Below are positions 39,506 to 50,900 of a DNA stretch of 64,000 nucleotides, piece after piece (position 1 is the stretch's first letter; every line of letters begins with the position of its first letter). The notes under the pieces were generated by a model. That model was not told where the DNA came from. It ran no database searches and saw nothing but the letters and a program-made list of their open reading frames with translations. Source of the stretch: Verrucomicrobiaceae bacterium (GTDB lineage: Bacteria; Verrucomicrobiota; Verrucomicrobiia; Verrucomicrobiales; Akkermansiaceae). The DNA lies in assembly GCA_051252135.1 (NCBI GenBank), contig JBPOGH010000003.1, forward strand, positions 192,001 to 256,000, given 5' to 3'. The translations under genes were made by a program, and so were the position numbers.

Positions 39506-40891
39506 ATGTCCCTCCGTCTCCCCCTCTCTCTATCCCTCCTTCTCCTCCTCCCCCTCAAGGCCGGACTCTTCCTCGGGCAGGGAACGATGAGCGGCGAAGC
39601 CAGCGACACCAGCATCTTCCTCCAAACGCGCCTCACCTCCGCCACCGAACTCGACGCCACCGGCGACCTCCCCGGAGCCCCCGGCATGGTCGCCTTCGAG
39701 TGGAGCCTCAACGAAAACTTCGACCCCTCTTCCACCACCCCTTTCCAAAAAGCCGAAGCCGATCACGACTTCATCGTCCGCTCACAACTCAGCGAATTAA
39801 AACCGGGCACCACCTACTTTTACCGCGCCCACTACGGGTCCTCGGAGGCCGACCTCCAAACCAGCCCCACCGGCACCTTCAAGACCCACCCCGGAGAAAC
39901 CAGTGACGCCGCAGTGCGCTTCATCATCGGAAGCTGCATGAACTACAACAAGTTCCTCCACGGAAAAAAAGCCAACTCCAGCGGCCCCCTCACCGCCACC
40001 CCGGAAGACAAGCGCCTCGGCTTCCCCGCCTTTGTCGCCATGGCCGCCGAGAAGCCGGACTTCTTCGTCGGCACCGGAGACATCGTCTACTACGACAACC
40101 CCTTTCGTAATGCCGGGACCATCCCCGAGCTCCGCAAGTGCTGGCACGAGCAGTTCCGCTTCCCGCGCATGATCAACTTCTTCAAAGACGTCCCCACCTA
40201 CTGGTCAAAGGACGATCACGACTTCCGCTTCAACGATTCCGACAACACAAAGGACCGCCTCCCCCTCCCCGCCACCGGAATCGACATGTTCCGCGAGCAA
40301 CTCCCGCTCCCCGAAAAAAGCTACCGCACCATCCGCGTCAGCCGGGACCTCCAAATCTGGCTCACCGAAGGCCGCGACTTCCGCTCGCCCAACAAGATGA
40401 AAGACGGCCCCGACAAAACCCTCTGGGGCGCCGAACAAAAAGCCTGGCTCCAAAGCACCCTCAAAGCCAGCGATGCCAAATGGAAACTCCTCATCTCGCC
40501 CACCCCCCTCGTCGGCCCCGATGACGCCTACAAAAAGGACAACCACGCCAACCTCAAAGGCTTCCGCCACGAAGCCGACGCCTTCTTCAACTGGCTCGCC
40601 GAAAACAAGATCGAAAACTTCATGACCTTCTGCGGCGACCGCCACTGGCAATATCACAGCATCCACCCCAACGGCATCCACGAGTTCGCCTGCGGCGCCC
40701 TCAACGATGAAAACTCCCGCCTCGGCCGAAAACCCGGCGACAAAAAAAGCACCGACCCCGACGCCCTCATCACCCAATCCTTCATCTCCCCCGAACCCAG
40801 CGGCGGCTTCCTCCTCCTCACCGCCGGCAAGCAACTCACCATCGAGTTCCGCGACGACTCCGGCAAAGAACTCTACCGCGTGCAAAAGTAA
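39506..40891 (+). CDS. PhoD-like alkaline phosphatase D family protein
   Basis: GSC, TGDIVYYD, KDDHD, CGDRH; start at ATG 39506. Confidence 0.88.
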   Translation: MSLRLPLSLSLLLLLPLKAGLFLGQGTMSGEASDTSIFLQTRLTSATELDATGDLPGAPGMVAFEWSLNENFDPSSTTPFQKAEADHDFIVRSQLSELKPGTTYFYRAHYGSSEADLQTSPTGTFKTHPGETSDAAVRFIIGSCMNYNKFLHGKKANSSGPLTATPEDKRLGFPAFVAMAAEKPDFFVGTGDIVYYDNPFRNAGTIPELRKCWHEQFRFPRMINFFKDVPTYWSKDDHDFRFNDSDNTKDRLPLPATGIDMFREQLPLPEKSYRTIRVSRDLQIWLTEGRDFRSPNKMKDGPDKTLWGAEQKAWLQSTLKASDAKWKLLISPTPLVGPDDAYKKDNHANLKGFRHEADAFFNWLAENKIENFMTFCGDRHWQYHSIHPNGIHEFACGALNDENSRLGRKPGDKKSTDPDALITQSFISPEPSGGFLLLTAGKQLTIEFRDDSGKELYRVQK

Positions 40892-40984
40892 CACCCTAAG
40901 GAGAGTGGGCATTCCTGCCCGCTTCCCCCAACCCAAGCCACAACCAAATCTCCCCCTCCCTCCATCTCTCAATCACCAGAAGCC

Positions 40985-42043
40985 ATGTCCCTCCCTCTTT
41001 CTCTCCTTCTCCTCTCCCTCTTGTTCACCAGCGTCCACGCCGCGCAGTTCGTCCTCCTCTCCCTCGGCAAGGATCGACAGATCGCCACCTACGCACTCGA
41101 TCCCGCCAAAGGAACCCTCACCCTGAAGGGCAGCATCGCCACCGAGGGCAACCCCTCCTGCATGACCGTCAACAAGTCCCAAACCCGACTCTACGTCGCA
41201 CTCAAGGGCGCCGACTCCATCGCCACCTACAACATTGCCACTGACGGAAAACTCGCCCACCTCAGCGAAACCAACATCGGAGCCGCCGCCTCTTTCCTCC
41301 ACGTCCACCCCTCCGCAAAATTCCTCCTCAGCTCCTACTACCAGGCCGGAAAAGTCGCCGTCCATCGCATCAACCCGGACGGCACCCTTTCCGAAAAGCC
41401 CACCCAATTCATCGCCACCGACGAGCGCGCCCACTGCATCACTTCCCACCCCGATGGCTCCGCCGTCTTCGTCCCCCACACCCGCCCCAACGCCATCCAC
41501 CAATTCCACTTCGACGCCCAAACCGGCACCCTCACCCCAAACGACTACGTCTCTCTTACCACCGAAGAAAACACCGGCCCACGCCACCTCTGGTTCCATG
41601 CCTCCGGAAAGTTCGCCTACGGGAGCAACGAACAAGGTTCCAGCATCACCGCCTACCGCTACATCCCGGGCATGAGTTCCATCGGAAAATTCCAAACCCT
41701 CACCACCCTTCCTCCCGAAGGATTCGCGGGGAGAAATTCCACCTCCGACATCGAAGTCCACCCTTCCGGAAAGTACGTCTACATCGCCAACCGCGGCTAC
41801 AACGCCATCGCCAGTTTCTCCCTCGATCAAACCGATGGCAGCATGGGCCCCGTCGAGCACACCCCCACTGAACCCGTCACCCGCTCCTTCAACATCACTG
41901 CCGATGGCAAACACCTCATCGCCGCCGGCCAGCAATCCGGAAATCTCGCCGTCTTCGCCATCGACGATGTCGGCAAACTCACCCGCACCCAGACCCTGAA
42001 AGCCGGCAAAAACCCCTGGTGGGTCCAAACCATCACCCGCTAG
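40985..42043 (+). CDS. Lactonase family beta-propeller (6-phosphogluconolactonase-like)
   Basis: AHCI, GPRHL, YIANRG, RSFNI motifs; signal peptide. Confidence 0.88.
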   Translation: MSLPLSLLLLSLLFTSVHAAQFVLLSLGKDRQIATYALDPAKGTLTLKGSIATEGNPSCMTVNKSQTRLYVALKGADSIATYNIATDGKLAHLSETNIGAAASFLHVHPSAKFLLSSYYQAGKVAVHRINPDGTLSEKPTQFIATDERAHCITSHPDGSAVFVPHTRPNAIHQFHFDAQTGTLTPNDYVSLTTEENTGPRHLWFHASGKFAYGSNEQGSSITAYRYIPGMSSIGKFQTLTTLPPEGFAGRNSTSDIEVHPSGKYVYIANRGYNAIASFSLDQTDGSMGPVEHTPTEPVTRSFNITADGKHLIAAGQQSGNLAVFAIDDVGKLTRTQTLKAGKNPWWVQTITR

Positions 42044-45000
42044 TTTTTCCCCCGAAGACTCGAAAGGTATTCCACAAGGTCCCGGATCTCCCGCTTGGTG
42101 AGAATGAAGCCCATCGGAGGCATGGTGGAAATGAGCGGGCTGCGTTCCTGAACATCGTCTGATTTCACCTTGGTGATCCTGCCTTCGGCATCCCGGATCT
42201 CGATGGTGCCACTCTTTTCGCGGAGGAAGGTTCCGGTCACTGACTTTCCGGATTTCAGGGTAAGGGAAATGGCACCGTAGCCATCGGCGACCACCTTTTG
42301 CGGCTCAACGATCGATTCCATCAGGTGCTTCCGGTCCTTCTTTCCGACCTCCCGGAGATTGGGACCAATATCGCTGCCTTTCCCTCTCGAGACCATGTGG
42401 CAGCGGATGCACTGGGCCGCGAGGTGGTTCATAAAAAGATCCTGCCCCCGTTCGGCATCCCCACCTTCGAGGGTGTGTGCGAAATCCGGAGCGGGGCCTT
42501 CCAGCTTCCGGGCGACGGCGGCTTCGGCGAGATCAAGACGGAGCCCCGCCGGGACTTGCGCAAATGAGGAGAGGCTTTCTTTCAAAAGTTGATCGCCTTC
42601 CTTCGATGCCAAAGATGTAGCAAGCAGTGAAACGGCGGCCTGCTTCTCGTTGAGCGGCGCGTCTCCCCAGAGCAAGGGCGCCACGACCTTGAGAGCTTCC
42701 GTGGGGTTGGAAGCGGCGAGGAGACCCAGAGCTTCAATCCGGATTTCGGATTCCCTGGCCCCGAGCGACTGCGTGAGCAATTGGTCGAGATCGGGACGCT
42801 CTTGATTGGCCAGACCGCGCATGGCTTCGATCCGAAGCTCGGGAATCATCGCTTCGTTTTGAAGGACGGCGATCAGCGAATCGGCGGGAATAGTGATCTC
42901 CAGCGAGAGAGCCAACCGCATGGTCCGGCTTTGAATTTTCGGATCCTCATCGGAGAGAAGAGTGGCCAGTTGGGTGACCGCGGCTTCCTTCGCGATGGCG
43001 GGATCCCGCTTTTCAAGAGGACGGTAGCGCCCGACGACTCGATCGAGCAATTCGGGTTGGGTCCAGTGGGAAAGGGCATCGAGCGCTTCAAGCCGAAGGA
43101 CTTCCGGAACCCCGGAGTGGGTGGAGAAGGAAGCGACGCGTTCGGCATGAGCGGAGGTGCCCAGGTGGAAGTTGGCATTGATGGCCCGCCGGATGATGGA
43201 CTCGTTTTTAAGCCATGGAGTGGTCGCCAACGAGGAAGCGAGGGCTGGAAGGGCTGCGGGAATCGTCCAGTCGTCATGGATGGCACGGGCGGCTTCGACC
43301 GCGACGTTTTCAAAGGGAGATTTGAGATAGATCGCGACCGCAGGATCGGCCCGTCGCCGGAGGGCGACAACGGCAACCTTCTGAACGAGTTCGGATTCGT
43401 CATCGGCGAGGGCAGCCAGGAATTCGGAAGATGCGCATCCGGTGAGTCCCACGATGGCGGCATGGCGGAGGTAGGTTTGTTTCGGGCCGATCGATTGCGA
43501 AAATACGTGAAGATCGGCAGCTGCAGAAGAACTGCCGATGTTTCCAAGGGTGATGGCGGCCTGAAATTTGACGCGATCGGACGGGTCTTTGAGAAGAGGA
43601 GTGAGAGACCTGACGAGTGGTGAGATTTCTTGGGAGGGAGCGGGGGCCCGGTGGAGGGCCAGTTGGATGCCGAATTGATCACCGATGGCTTTTAGAGCTT
43701 GGGTTTTGATCTCGCTATCCGGGTCCTTGAGGAGTTCGAGGACGAAATTAAAATCCGGAGAGTCGGACTTTCGCATGAGTTGCCCCAAGCCCCAGATCGC
43801 GTGAATTCGTCCGAGGCGGGTTGAGTTCTTCGCTGCGATTTCAAGGTCATCTTTGACGCCGCGCTTCACCAATTCGAACTGTGCTTTGAGTCGCACCCGT
43901 TGATCCGGATGCTCCAGTGATTTCACGAGTTGATCCGATGAGTAAGTGGAAAAATCAGAGCGGAGTTCCTCAGCGGTGGATGCGCGCCGCGGGTCCTTCT
44001 TGGCGACATCCCATTTCCAAACCGCTCCCTTTTCATTGAGGGGATATCCCCCGCCCCAGTCGACGCCATAAAGGGCACCGTCGGGGCCGAAGCTGATGCC
44101 CACGATGGGAACGCCATTTCCAATTTTCCGATCGTTGATCATTCTGTAGGACGCTCCGTTTTGCTCAACCTGGAAGGCCCATTGTTGGCCATTCGGCGCG
44201 CTGGTGTGAAAGAAGTAATCTTTCCATTTCGGGTTCAGGGCGGTGCCGGGATTGAAGGCCATGCCGGCAGGTCCGTTTTCAAAGAGGCTGATGGCGGGAG
44301 TAATATGAGCGGGCTGTCCTTCATGGTAGGGAACGCTGAGGTTTTCATCCATCCAGGGATTGAAGACTCCGTTGCGATACTGCCAGTTCGATCGCCATCC
44401 CGCATCCATGTGTTGCACGATGTAAACGAAGCGCTCTTTTTCTCCGGGACGATCCGAGTCGTTATCGACGCCGAAGATATTGCCGTATTGATCAAAGGCG
44501 ATCTCCTGCACGTTGCGGAGTCCGCGGGCGTAGACCTCAAAATTGCTACCGTCCGGATCGCAGCGCAAGAGAGCTCCATGATTGGGGTAGTTGAAATGGA
44601 GACCTTCCTTTGAGGTGATGCCGACTCCCTTATCGCCAATCGTCCAGTAGATGCGCCCATCGGGGCCCACGGTAAGGCCGTGCATGTCGTGACCCGCGTA
44701 GGCGAGATGGACTCCGAAACCATAGGCGATGGACTCGCGGGTGTCGGCTTTTCCATCACCATCGGTATCACGGAGTTTCCAGACATCGGGAACAATGGTG
44801 GTGTAGACATCACCATCATGATGAAGAACCCCGGCGGCGATGCCGGCGATTGGGTCGTTGAAGCCTTCGGCGTAGACCGAGGTTTGATCGGCGAGCCCGT
44901 CGCCATCGGTATCCTCGATGAGATGGATGCGCTCGGTGAGCATTTGAAGATCGGCAATGTCGTGAATGCCATCCTTGTTGTAATCGGCGACGCGGGCCTT

Positions 45001-45309
45001 GTTGGCCTCGCTGTTTTCCGGAGTGAAATTCTTCAGGTAAAATGCCCGCTTGTCGTCGGGTGCCCGGAAGCTGAGATCATCGGGGATCCAGTCGCGGTTC
45101 TCCCGGATGTCGAGGTCGTTCGCCTTCCGCCGCTGCGTCTGGGTGACATAGGCACGGCCCTGGTCATCGAAGGAAATGGCGACCGGGTCGGGCACCTGAA
45201 ATCCCGGGGTCCATTTGGTGAATTCAAGGGATCCGGAATCCTGCTCCTCAGCAAAGATCGGAAGAACAAACAGGGTGAGGCCGAGGGCGGGTGCTACCGA
45301 AAATTTCAT
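42040..45309 (-). CDS. PVC-type membrane-bound dehydrogenase/heme-binding protein (propeller + HEAT + cytochrome c)
   Basis: DTDGDG repeats, GPDGRIY, GLRNVQE, HEAT repeats, CIRCH...GPNL, STMP. Confidence 0.9.
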   Translation of the reverse strand: MKFSVAPALGLTLFVLPIFAEEQDSGSLEFTKWTPGFQVPDPVAISFDDQGRAYVTQTQRRKANDLDIRENRDWIPDDLSFRAPDDKRAFYLKNFTPENSEANKARVADYNKDGIHDIADLQMLTERIHLIEDTDGDGLADQTSVYAEGFNDPIAGIAAGVLHHDGDVYTTIVPDVWKLRDTDGDGKADTRESIAYGFGVHLAYAGHDMHGLTVGPDGRIYWTIGDKGVGITSKEGLHFNYPNHGALLRCDPDGSNFEVYARGLRNVQEIAFDQYGNIFGVDNDSDRPGEKERFVYIVQHMDAGWRSNWQYRNGVFNPWMDENLSVPYHEGQPAHITPAISLFENGPAGMAFNPGTALNPKWKDYFFHTSAPNGQQWAFQVEQNGASYRMINDRKIGNGVPIVGISFGPDGALYGVDWGGGYPLNEKGAVWKWDVAKKDPRRASTAEELRSDFSTYSSDQLVKSLEHPDQRVRLKAQFELVKRGVKDDLEIAAKNSTRLGRIHAIWGLGQLMRKSDSPDFNFVLELLKDPDSEIKTQALKAIGDQFGIQLALHRAPAPSQEISPLVRSLTPLLKDPSDRVKFQAAITLGNIGSSSAAADLHVFSQSIGPKQTYLRHAAIVGLTGCASSEFLAALADDESELVQKVAVVALRRRADPAVAIYLKSPFENVAVEAARAIHDDWTIPAALPALASSLATTPWLKNESIIRRAINANFHLGTSAHAERVASFSTHSGVPEVLRLEALDALSHWTQPELLDRVVGRYRPLEKRDPAIAKEAAVTQLATLLSDEDPKIQSRTMRLALSLEITIPADSLIAVLQNEAMIPELRIEAMRGLANQERPDLDQLLTQSLGARESEIRIEALGLLAASNPTEALKVVAPLLWGDAPLNEKQAAVSLLATSLASKEGDQLLKESLSSFAQVPAGLRLDLAEAAVARKLEGPAPDFAHTLEGGDAERGQDLFMNHLAAQCIRCHMVSRGKGSDIGPNLREVGKKDRKHLMESIVEPQKVVADGYGAISLTLKSGKSVTGTFLREKSGTIEIRDAEGRITKVKSDDVQERSPLISTMPPMGFILTKREIRDLVEYLSSLRGKN

Positions 45310-45353
45310 GGGCGATGAGGAAAAGACCTATCACCATGAACGCACCAATCCAA

Positions 45354-46451
45354 TCACGGATCCACGGCTGCGCCTTCATCCGGGTCACCAATCTCCTTGT
45401 AAGGAATGCCCATGCGCTCGGCGCGCTTCTTCCAAAGGTCACGGGCCCGTTGTTGCATGTCATCGTAGTGATCCACTTCATCGACGATCTCGGTTCCCAA
45501 CATCGTCTCAATGACATCCTCAAGAGTGATGATTCCGGAGAATGACCCGAACTCATCAATGGTGGCCGCGATGTGGATCCGCTCGGCAATCATGGTATTG
45601 AAGAGTTCCGAGAGGTTCTGAGTGTTCGGAACAGTGTGAAGATCCCGCTTGAACTTGCTGAGGGGACTATTGCCCTCGCCCCGTGCCAAGGCCTGAAGAA
45701 GTTCGACACGAAGGACGAATCCTTCGACGTCATCGATGGTGTCCTTATAGATGGGAATGCGGGAGAAGGGTCGGTTGGAATGGGACTCCATGAACCCGTC
45801 GACAGTGGTGGACTCCGGAAGGGAGAAGACCACCGTCCTTGGCGTGGCCGCGTTCTTTGCCATGGTATCGCGGAGGCCAAAGAGGTTTTTTACAATGCGA
45901 CCTTCGTTCTCCTCGATCGCTCCCTCCTGCTCGCCAATGTCCGCCATGGCGATGAACTCGGCCCGGCTGTAGGCGCCTTTCTTTTCCCCGTGGGAAATGC
46001 CGCTGGTGATCTTTTCCGTCATCCAGATGAGCGGTGACATGATGCGGGTCAGGCCCGTGAGCATTGTGCCGGTGACGGGGGCCAATTGCTTCCAGAAAAC
46101 AGCGCCAAGGGTCTTGGGGATGATCTCGGACAGGAGAAGAATCAGAACCGTGAGGACCGCTGAAATGATCCCGGTGGTGAGCGGGGCGTCGCCAAAAATC
46201 TTCATCGCCTGCGCCCCTACCCCGGCGGCCCCGACGGTGTGCGCCACTGTGTTGAGAATGAGAATGGCCGACAAGGGGCGGTTGATATCATTGGCCAGAT
46301 TCCCCCAAACTTCGGCGTTGCGGGGTCTGGTTTCCTTTTGGGTCTCGATGTAAGGACGGCGCACGCTCAGCAGGACGGCTTCGAAGACCGAACAAAGAAA
46401 CGAAAAGACGAGGGCAATGAGGAGATAGGTAACTAAAAGGACGGTGTCCAC
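45354..46451 (-). CDS. CNNM (DUF21) + CBS domain hemolysin-family protein
   Basis: SFLCSVFEA, SEIIPKTLG, FSRIPIY, DEFG, TLEDVIE. Confidence 0.9.
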   Translation of the reverse strand: MDTVLLVTYLLIALVFSFLCSVFEAVLLSVRRPYIETQKETRPRNAEVWGNLANDINRPLSAILILNTVAHTVGAAGVGAQAMKIFGDAPLTTGIISAVLTVLILLLSEIIPKTLGAVFWKQLAPVTGTMLTGLTRIMSPLIWMTEKITSGISHGEKKGAYSRAEFIAMADIGEQEGAIEENEGRIVKNLFGLRDTMAKNAATPRTVVFSLPESTTVDGFMESHSNRPFSRIPIYKDTIDDVEGFVLRVELLQALARGEGNSPLSKFKRDLHTVPNTQNLSELFNTMIAERIHIAATIDEFGSFSGIITLEDVIETMLGTEIVDEVDHYDDMQQRARDLWKKRAERMGIPYKEIGDPDEGAAVDP

Positions 46452-46505
46452 GGTAACTCACAAAACGCTAAAACGGTAGAAACGAAAGGGAAAAGTAGGG
46501 GCGAT

Positions 46506-47642
46506 TCACTTGCCGGGGGATGGAGCCGGGAAGGACTGCCCGTAAAACATCAGGGTGCTCCAGGGCACGAAGCAGCGTCGGCGGGATTCAGGACGAGTCT
46601 TTTGAAGCGCTTTTTGAGTGAAGGGCGCGTCAAGGCCGCGGCGGTGGTGGTAGTGATTGTTGACCTTCTCGTAGATGTTGTGGAGGCGGCCCCGGGCTTT
46701 TTCGGAGATGCTTTTGTAGTGATAGCGGCCTTCGAAACTCCGGTAGGGCTCGTAGGAAACATCGTGGCCGAGATTGAACTTGGCGGTGTATTCGAAGCCC
46801 TTGAGAAGCCGGTTGTCGAGGGCCCCGTAGAGATCGACACCCTGAATCCAGGCGGTCTCGGCGGTGTTGGCGAGGAATTCGAGGCCCATCTGGGTGTGAG
46901 CCTGATCGCGACCGCTTTCCTGACATTGGCCGCTGGGCTTAAAATACATCCCGATCGCGCCGTTGCTCTCTCCGTTGAGATAGTGGTTCACCGCGCGATC
47001 GAAGATGGCTTGGTCGTCGAGAAAAACGCCGATCGAGATCATCGTCTGGAGCATCGCGGCGTCCCAGTTGCCATTGGCGGTGGGGTGGAAGGGTTTGATG
47101 ACGGGATACCAGACGTTTCGAAGCATGTCCTCGAATTGGGCCTGTTGATCCGGAGTCCAGCCCTTCCATCCTCCCTTGTAGTGGCGAAGAAGTTCGGCTG
47201 CGATGAGGTAGGTCTGCCCGCTCATTCCGACGAGAAGGCGGGCATCGTGGTCGGTGACGGCTTTTAAGGTACCCGACCAGGCATTGAGAATCTCGGCCGA
47301 CTTCCGGGCGGAGGCTTCCTCGCCGGCAAGAACCCAGCGAAGGGCATGCGTGTAGGCGGCCCGGCCATCATCGGTGAACTCGGTGGAGCCGACATCGGGG
47401 TCGTTGTAGGGGCCGCGCTCGACTTTAGGAAAGGCTTTGGGCTTCCACCCGGGGTTGGCGTAGCGGGATTCCCTGAGTTCGTTCCATGCGTTGAGCCAGG
47501 GCTCTTCCTTGGCGGCGATCTTTGATTTTACGAAGTCGATCCCCTCCCGGCTGTGGAAGACGCCCGGGTGGACGAAGTCGGCGTGTGCACTGAGAATTCC
47601 CAGAGTGAGCAGGGCTACTTTTTTCAGGAGAGAGATCGTCAT
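46506..47642 (-). CDS. Alginate lyase family protein
   Basis: FVHPG, NGNWD, ESGRDQAH, KGFEYTAK. Confidence 0.8.
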   Translation of the reverse strand: MTISLLKKVALLTLGILSAHADFVHPGVFHSREGIDFVKSKIAAKEEPWLNAWNELRESRYANPGWKPKAFPKVERGPYNDPDVGSTEFTDDGRAAYTHALRWVLAGEEASARKSAEILNAWSGTLKAVTDHDARLLVGMSGQTYLIAAELLRHYKGGWKGWTPDQQAQFEDMLRNVWYPVIKPFHPTANGNWDAAMLQTMISIGVFLDDQAIFDRAVNHYLNGESNGAIGMYFKPSGQCQESGRDQAHTQMGLEFLANTAETAWIQGVDLYGALDNRLLKGFEYTAKFNLGHDVSYEPYRSFEGRYHYKSISEKARGRLHNIYEKVNNHYHHRRGLDAPFTQKALQKTRPESRRRCFVPWSTLMFYGQSFPAPSPGK

Positions 47643-47902
47643 AAACAGTCACTGGAGGAGACGGATGACGGGGCTCTCTTGTTTCAAAAAAGGCCGCCTT
47701 TACTGCGTGAAGATGCGGCAGAAGGTCTTGTCTCCTGATGACGGGGCCCGGCGGGCGTCGAAAACGCGGAAAGGAACCGGGAACGATTGATGATCAGATC
47801 CTTGGGGAAAAGTTGAAATCGGCAAGTGGAGGCTTGGAGAATTGAGGTCTTACTTCAAGGTTCCCTGTCTGCAAGAATGGCCTCCTTTGGTTCAGCTCTG
47901 CT

Positions 47903-50900
47903 TTAGGGCAAGCTTACCTCGACCCGGTAGAAGCGCTTGGTGAGCGCGGTGGGGAACGGGATGTTGAAGTCGAGTTGGGATCCGGTGCCGGTGAACGGTT
48001 CGCCCAGGTCGGTCCACGATCCTTCAGCGAGGGTGTCGCTCCATTGGACTTGATAGATTTGGCCGTTTCCGGATTGGGGAATGGAGAAGGACAGGGTGCC
48101 GATGGCTTGATCGGTGTTTATGGCCGTGACTTCACCGAAGACGAGATTCTCCGGACTGATGGGGTCGATCTCCGGCTCGGTGAGACTGAGGGCGAACCAG
48201 TTGAGGTTCATCATACTGGCGTTGGTGGCGGAGCCGATTTCCTGGAAGACGAGGTAGACGTCGTAGGTTCCGGCGGCGTTGCTAAGTTCAACCTCGATGG
48301 TTTCCCAGTCCTGCCACCCGATGGTTTCAGGAACATTAATGATTCCGACAATCGTTCCCGTCGGGCTGCCGAGGCGAACCTGAATTTGGGGCTGGGCAGT
48401 GCCGGGTTCGCGGGCGATGCGGAAGCGGGCGGAGGCGTTTTCGGCCAGGGTGAGTTGATCGTAGCGGAGCCAGTCTCCGTTGCTGATCCAGCCGATGTTT
48501 TGGTCGCCATCGACATCACCGGTGGCTTGGGATTGGGTGCCGGATTGGGCGTCGAAGGCCTCGGCTTCCATGCGGGTGACGGGACCACCGGGAGGGTCGA
48601 GGGGAATTTCGAAGCAGCAGAGGGATCCGGCCGGGACGGTGGCGAAAACAGTGGTGGGAGAGCCGGAGATGAAGGAGGTGACTTCGCCTTCAACATTGAG
48701 GTCCTCGTGCCAGCGGGTGCGTGTAATCGTTTGGTTGGTAGAAACTTTTCCGTTGAGGTCCAGCGCAAGATCGACGGTGGATCCATTGGGGTTGATGGCC
48801 CAGACGGTGAGGAGGTTGTCCTTGATGAGAGCGGTGGTGTGGGAGAGCTCGGGTGGTGTCGCGATATCGAGGGCCTGTCCGCGATGCGAGGTGTTGGTGA
48901 GCTTGTTGAAGATGAAGTATTTGACGTTCCGGACGGGGGTGCCATTCGGGTTAAGGATGTAGGAATGGCCCTGGTTGGTGGTGCCGATGGCGAGCCAGCC
49001 GCTGAGTCCGGAGAAGCCGGCATTGATGGCCTCCAGCATGAAGGAAAAGGTGAGGACTTCGTTGGCTCCGGAGGTGCTTTTCCAGCCGTGGAGCTCGGTG
49101 TTCCAGATTTCGGTATCGGGTCCGAGGGTGTTGATGACGGCTTCGGCGAAGTCTTCCGCGGTGCCTGTTTTGTCAGTGTTGTGGGAGGCGGCAATATCGA
49201 CGGCGTCCCGGCGGCGAGAGGTGTCGAGATTGTTGATCCAGGAGGCGCCCTGCACGAAATTCCAGGAGGAAGGGGCGATGAAGAGCGGCAGGTCGTCTGC
49301 CGTGAGAGCCGGGAAGCCGGCGTAGCTCCCGGTGGGATCCGTGGGGTCCGGGCTGGGAGGGTTGGCGATGTAGTCCTTGATGTATTCGGTGACGTCCCGC
49401 GCATCGGCCTGGGTGAAGCGTGAGCCACCATCGTTGCTTTGCCACTCGTTGGTGAGATCCATGTAGCTGATTTTAAAGCCGTAGGATTTCATCAGACGCA
49501 GGTAACGGACGAGGTATTGGCCGCATTTTTCCCAGTTGAAGTTGTAGTTGCTGCTGCTGCCGGTGCTACCGGTGATCCACTGGGGGTAGGGCTGCCAGGC
49601 GACGTTATCCTGGGCTTCATCGAGCGGGCGCGGGGACGCGAAGAACTTGATGTTTGGGTTGGCCTCTTGCATTTCCTGCATCATGGGGATGATGCGGAAG
49701 GTGTAGGCAGAGAGGTCGTAGTTATTCTCGGTGAGTTCGTAGCCGGCATTGACGGCGACGCGGATAAAGTCGATGTCGTTGTCGACGACGGACCATTTTG
49801 CGACGAGGTCGCGCTCGGCGGAGTTGAGCGAGGTGGTCCAGTACCAGAGGCGCTCGTAGTCCATGCCGTAGCGCATCGTTTGCTTCGGGGTGGTGCCGAT
49901 GACGACCGGGATCCCGGTAGGGACTTCGAAGGTGAACCAATCGATGTTGTAGAGGGCGGCGGTGTTGGTGGCGCTGACGAAATTGAGCCGGATGGTCTGG
50001 GGTCCGGAGGTGGTGAAGGTGGCATCGCCGGTGAAGGGCTGCCAGTTGTCCCAGCCACTTGTTTTTGGAATGGTGGCGGTGCCGATGGTGGTGCCATTGG
50101 AGACGATCTCGACGTTGCCTCCGTTGGAATTGGTGGCGGCGCTGAAGGTGAAGCGGTAGGTTCCAGGTTCGGGAACATTAATCAGGTATTCGGCCCAGTC
50201 TCCGTTGTCGATGTAGCCGATGCTGTCGGAGGTGGCTCCCTTGTCAGGCTCGATGACGATGCCGCTCATGGAGGTGAAATTCTCGGCTTCGATGACATCG
50301 GGCATCTCGCGGATTTGGATGGCGTTGATTTGGGCGCGGCCGGGGTTGACGCTTCCGTTCAGCTCCCCTGCGATCTCGAAGCTTTGCGTTGTACTATCGG
50401 CGAGGAAGATGCCGATGATGGAGTCACCGCTTTCTTCACCGGTTCCGCCGTCCTCACTGTTGTTGAGATCGGCTTGGCCGGCGGTGCCGTTGGTGATGCT
50501 GGTGGGAACGTTAGTGGTGCCATCACTGAGGTTCATTTTGTAACCGTTATGACGACTGCTGCGGGCATCATTGGCCAGGATTTGGATGGCGTAGGTTTTA
50601 CCGACGGTGAGTCCACTGAAGGTGAGCGTTGCGTGGCCGTAGGTGGCACCGCCGATGACATTGGCGAGATCAGGATCGCCGGAAAAAGAGCCATCCCCGA
50701 AGGTGCTCGGGCCTGCCAGACCATTAATATCGGCACCTGCGGAATCCGGTCCTACGGTGAGAGTGACTCCATTGGCGGTCACTCCGGCTTCAAGGGCGGG
50801 GATATCGGCACGGAGAAAGCTGACTCCGTTCAAGGTGATGGTGCCGTTGTCCGGGTCACTGGGGTTGACGGCCAAAAGCGCGGTCCCGGTGGTGAAAATG

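Noticed and set aside
47643..47902. Intergenic region with duplicated GATGACGGGGC; possible riboswitch or oriC
   Set aside because: No complete riboswitch consensus, no DnaA boxes and no AT-rich unwinding element.
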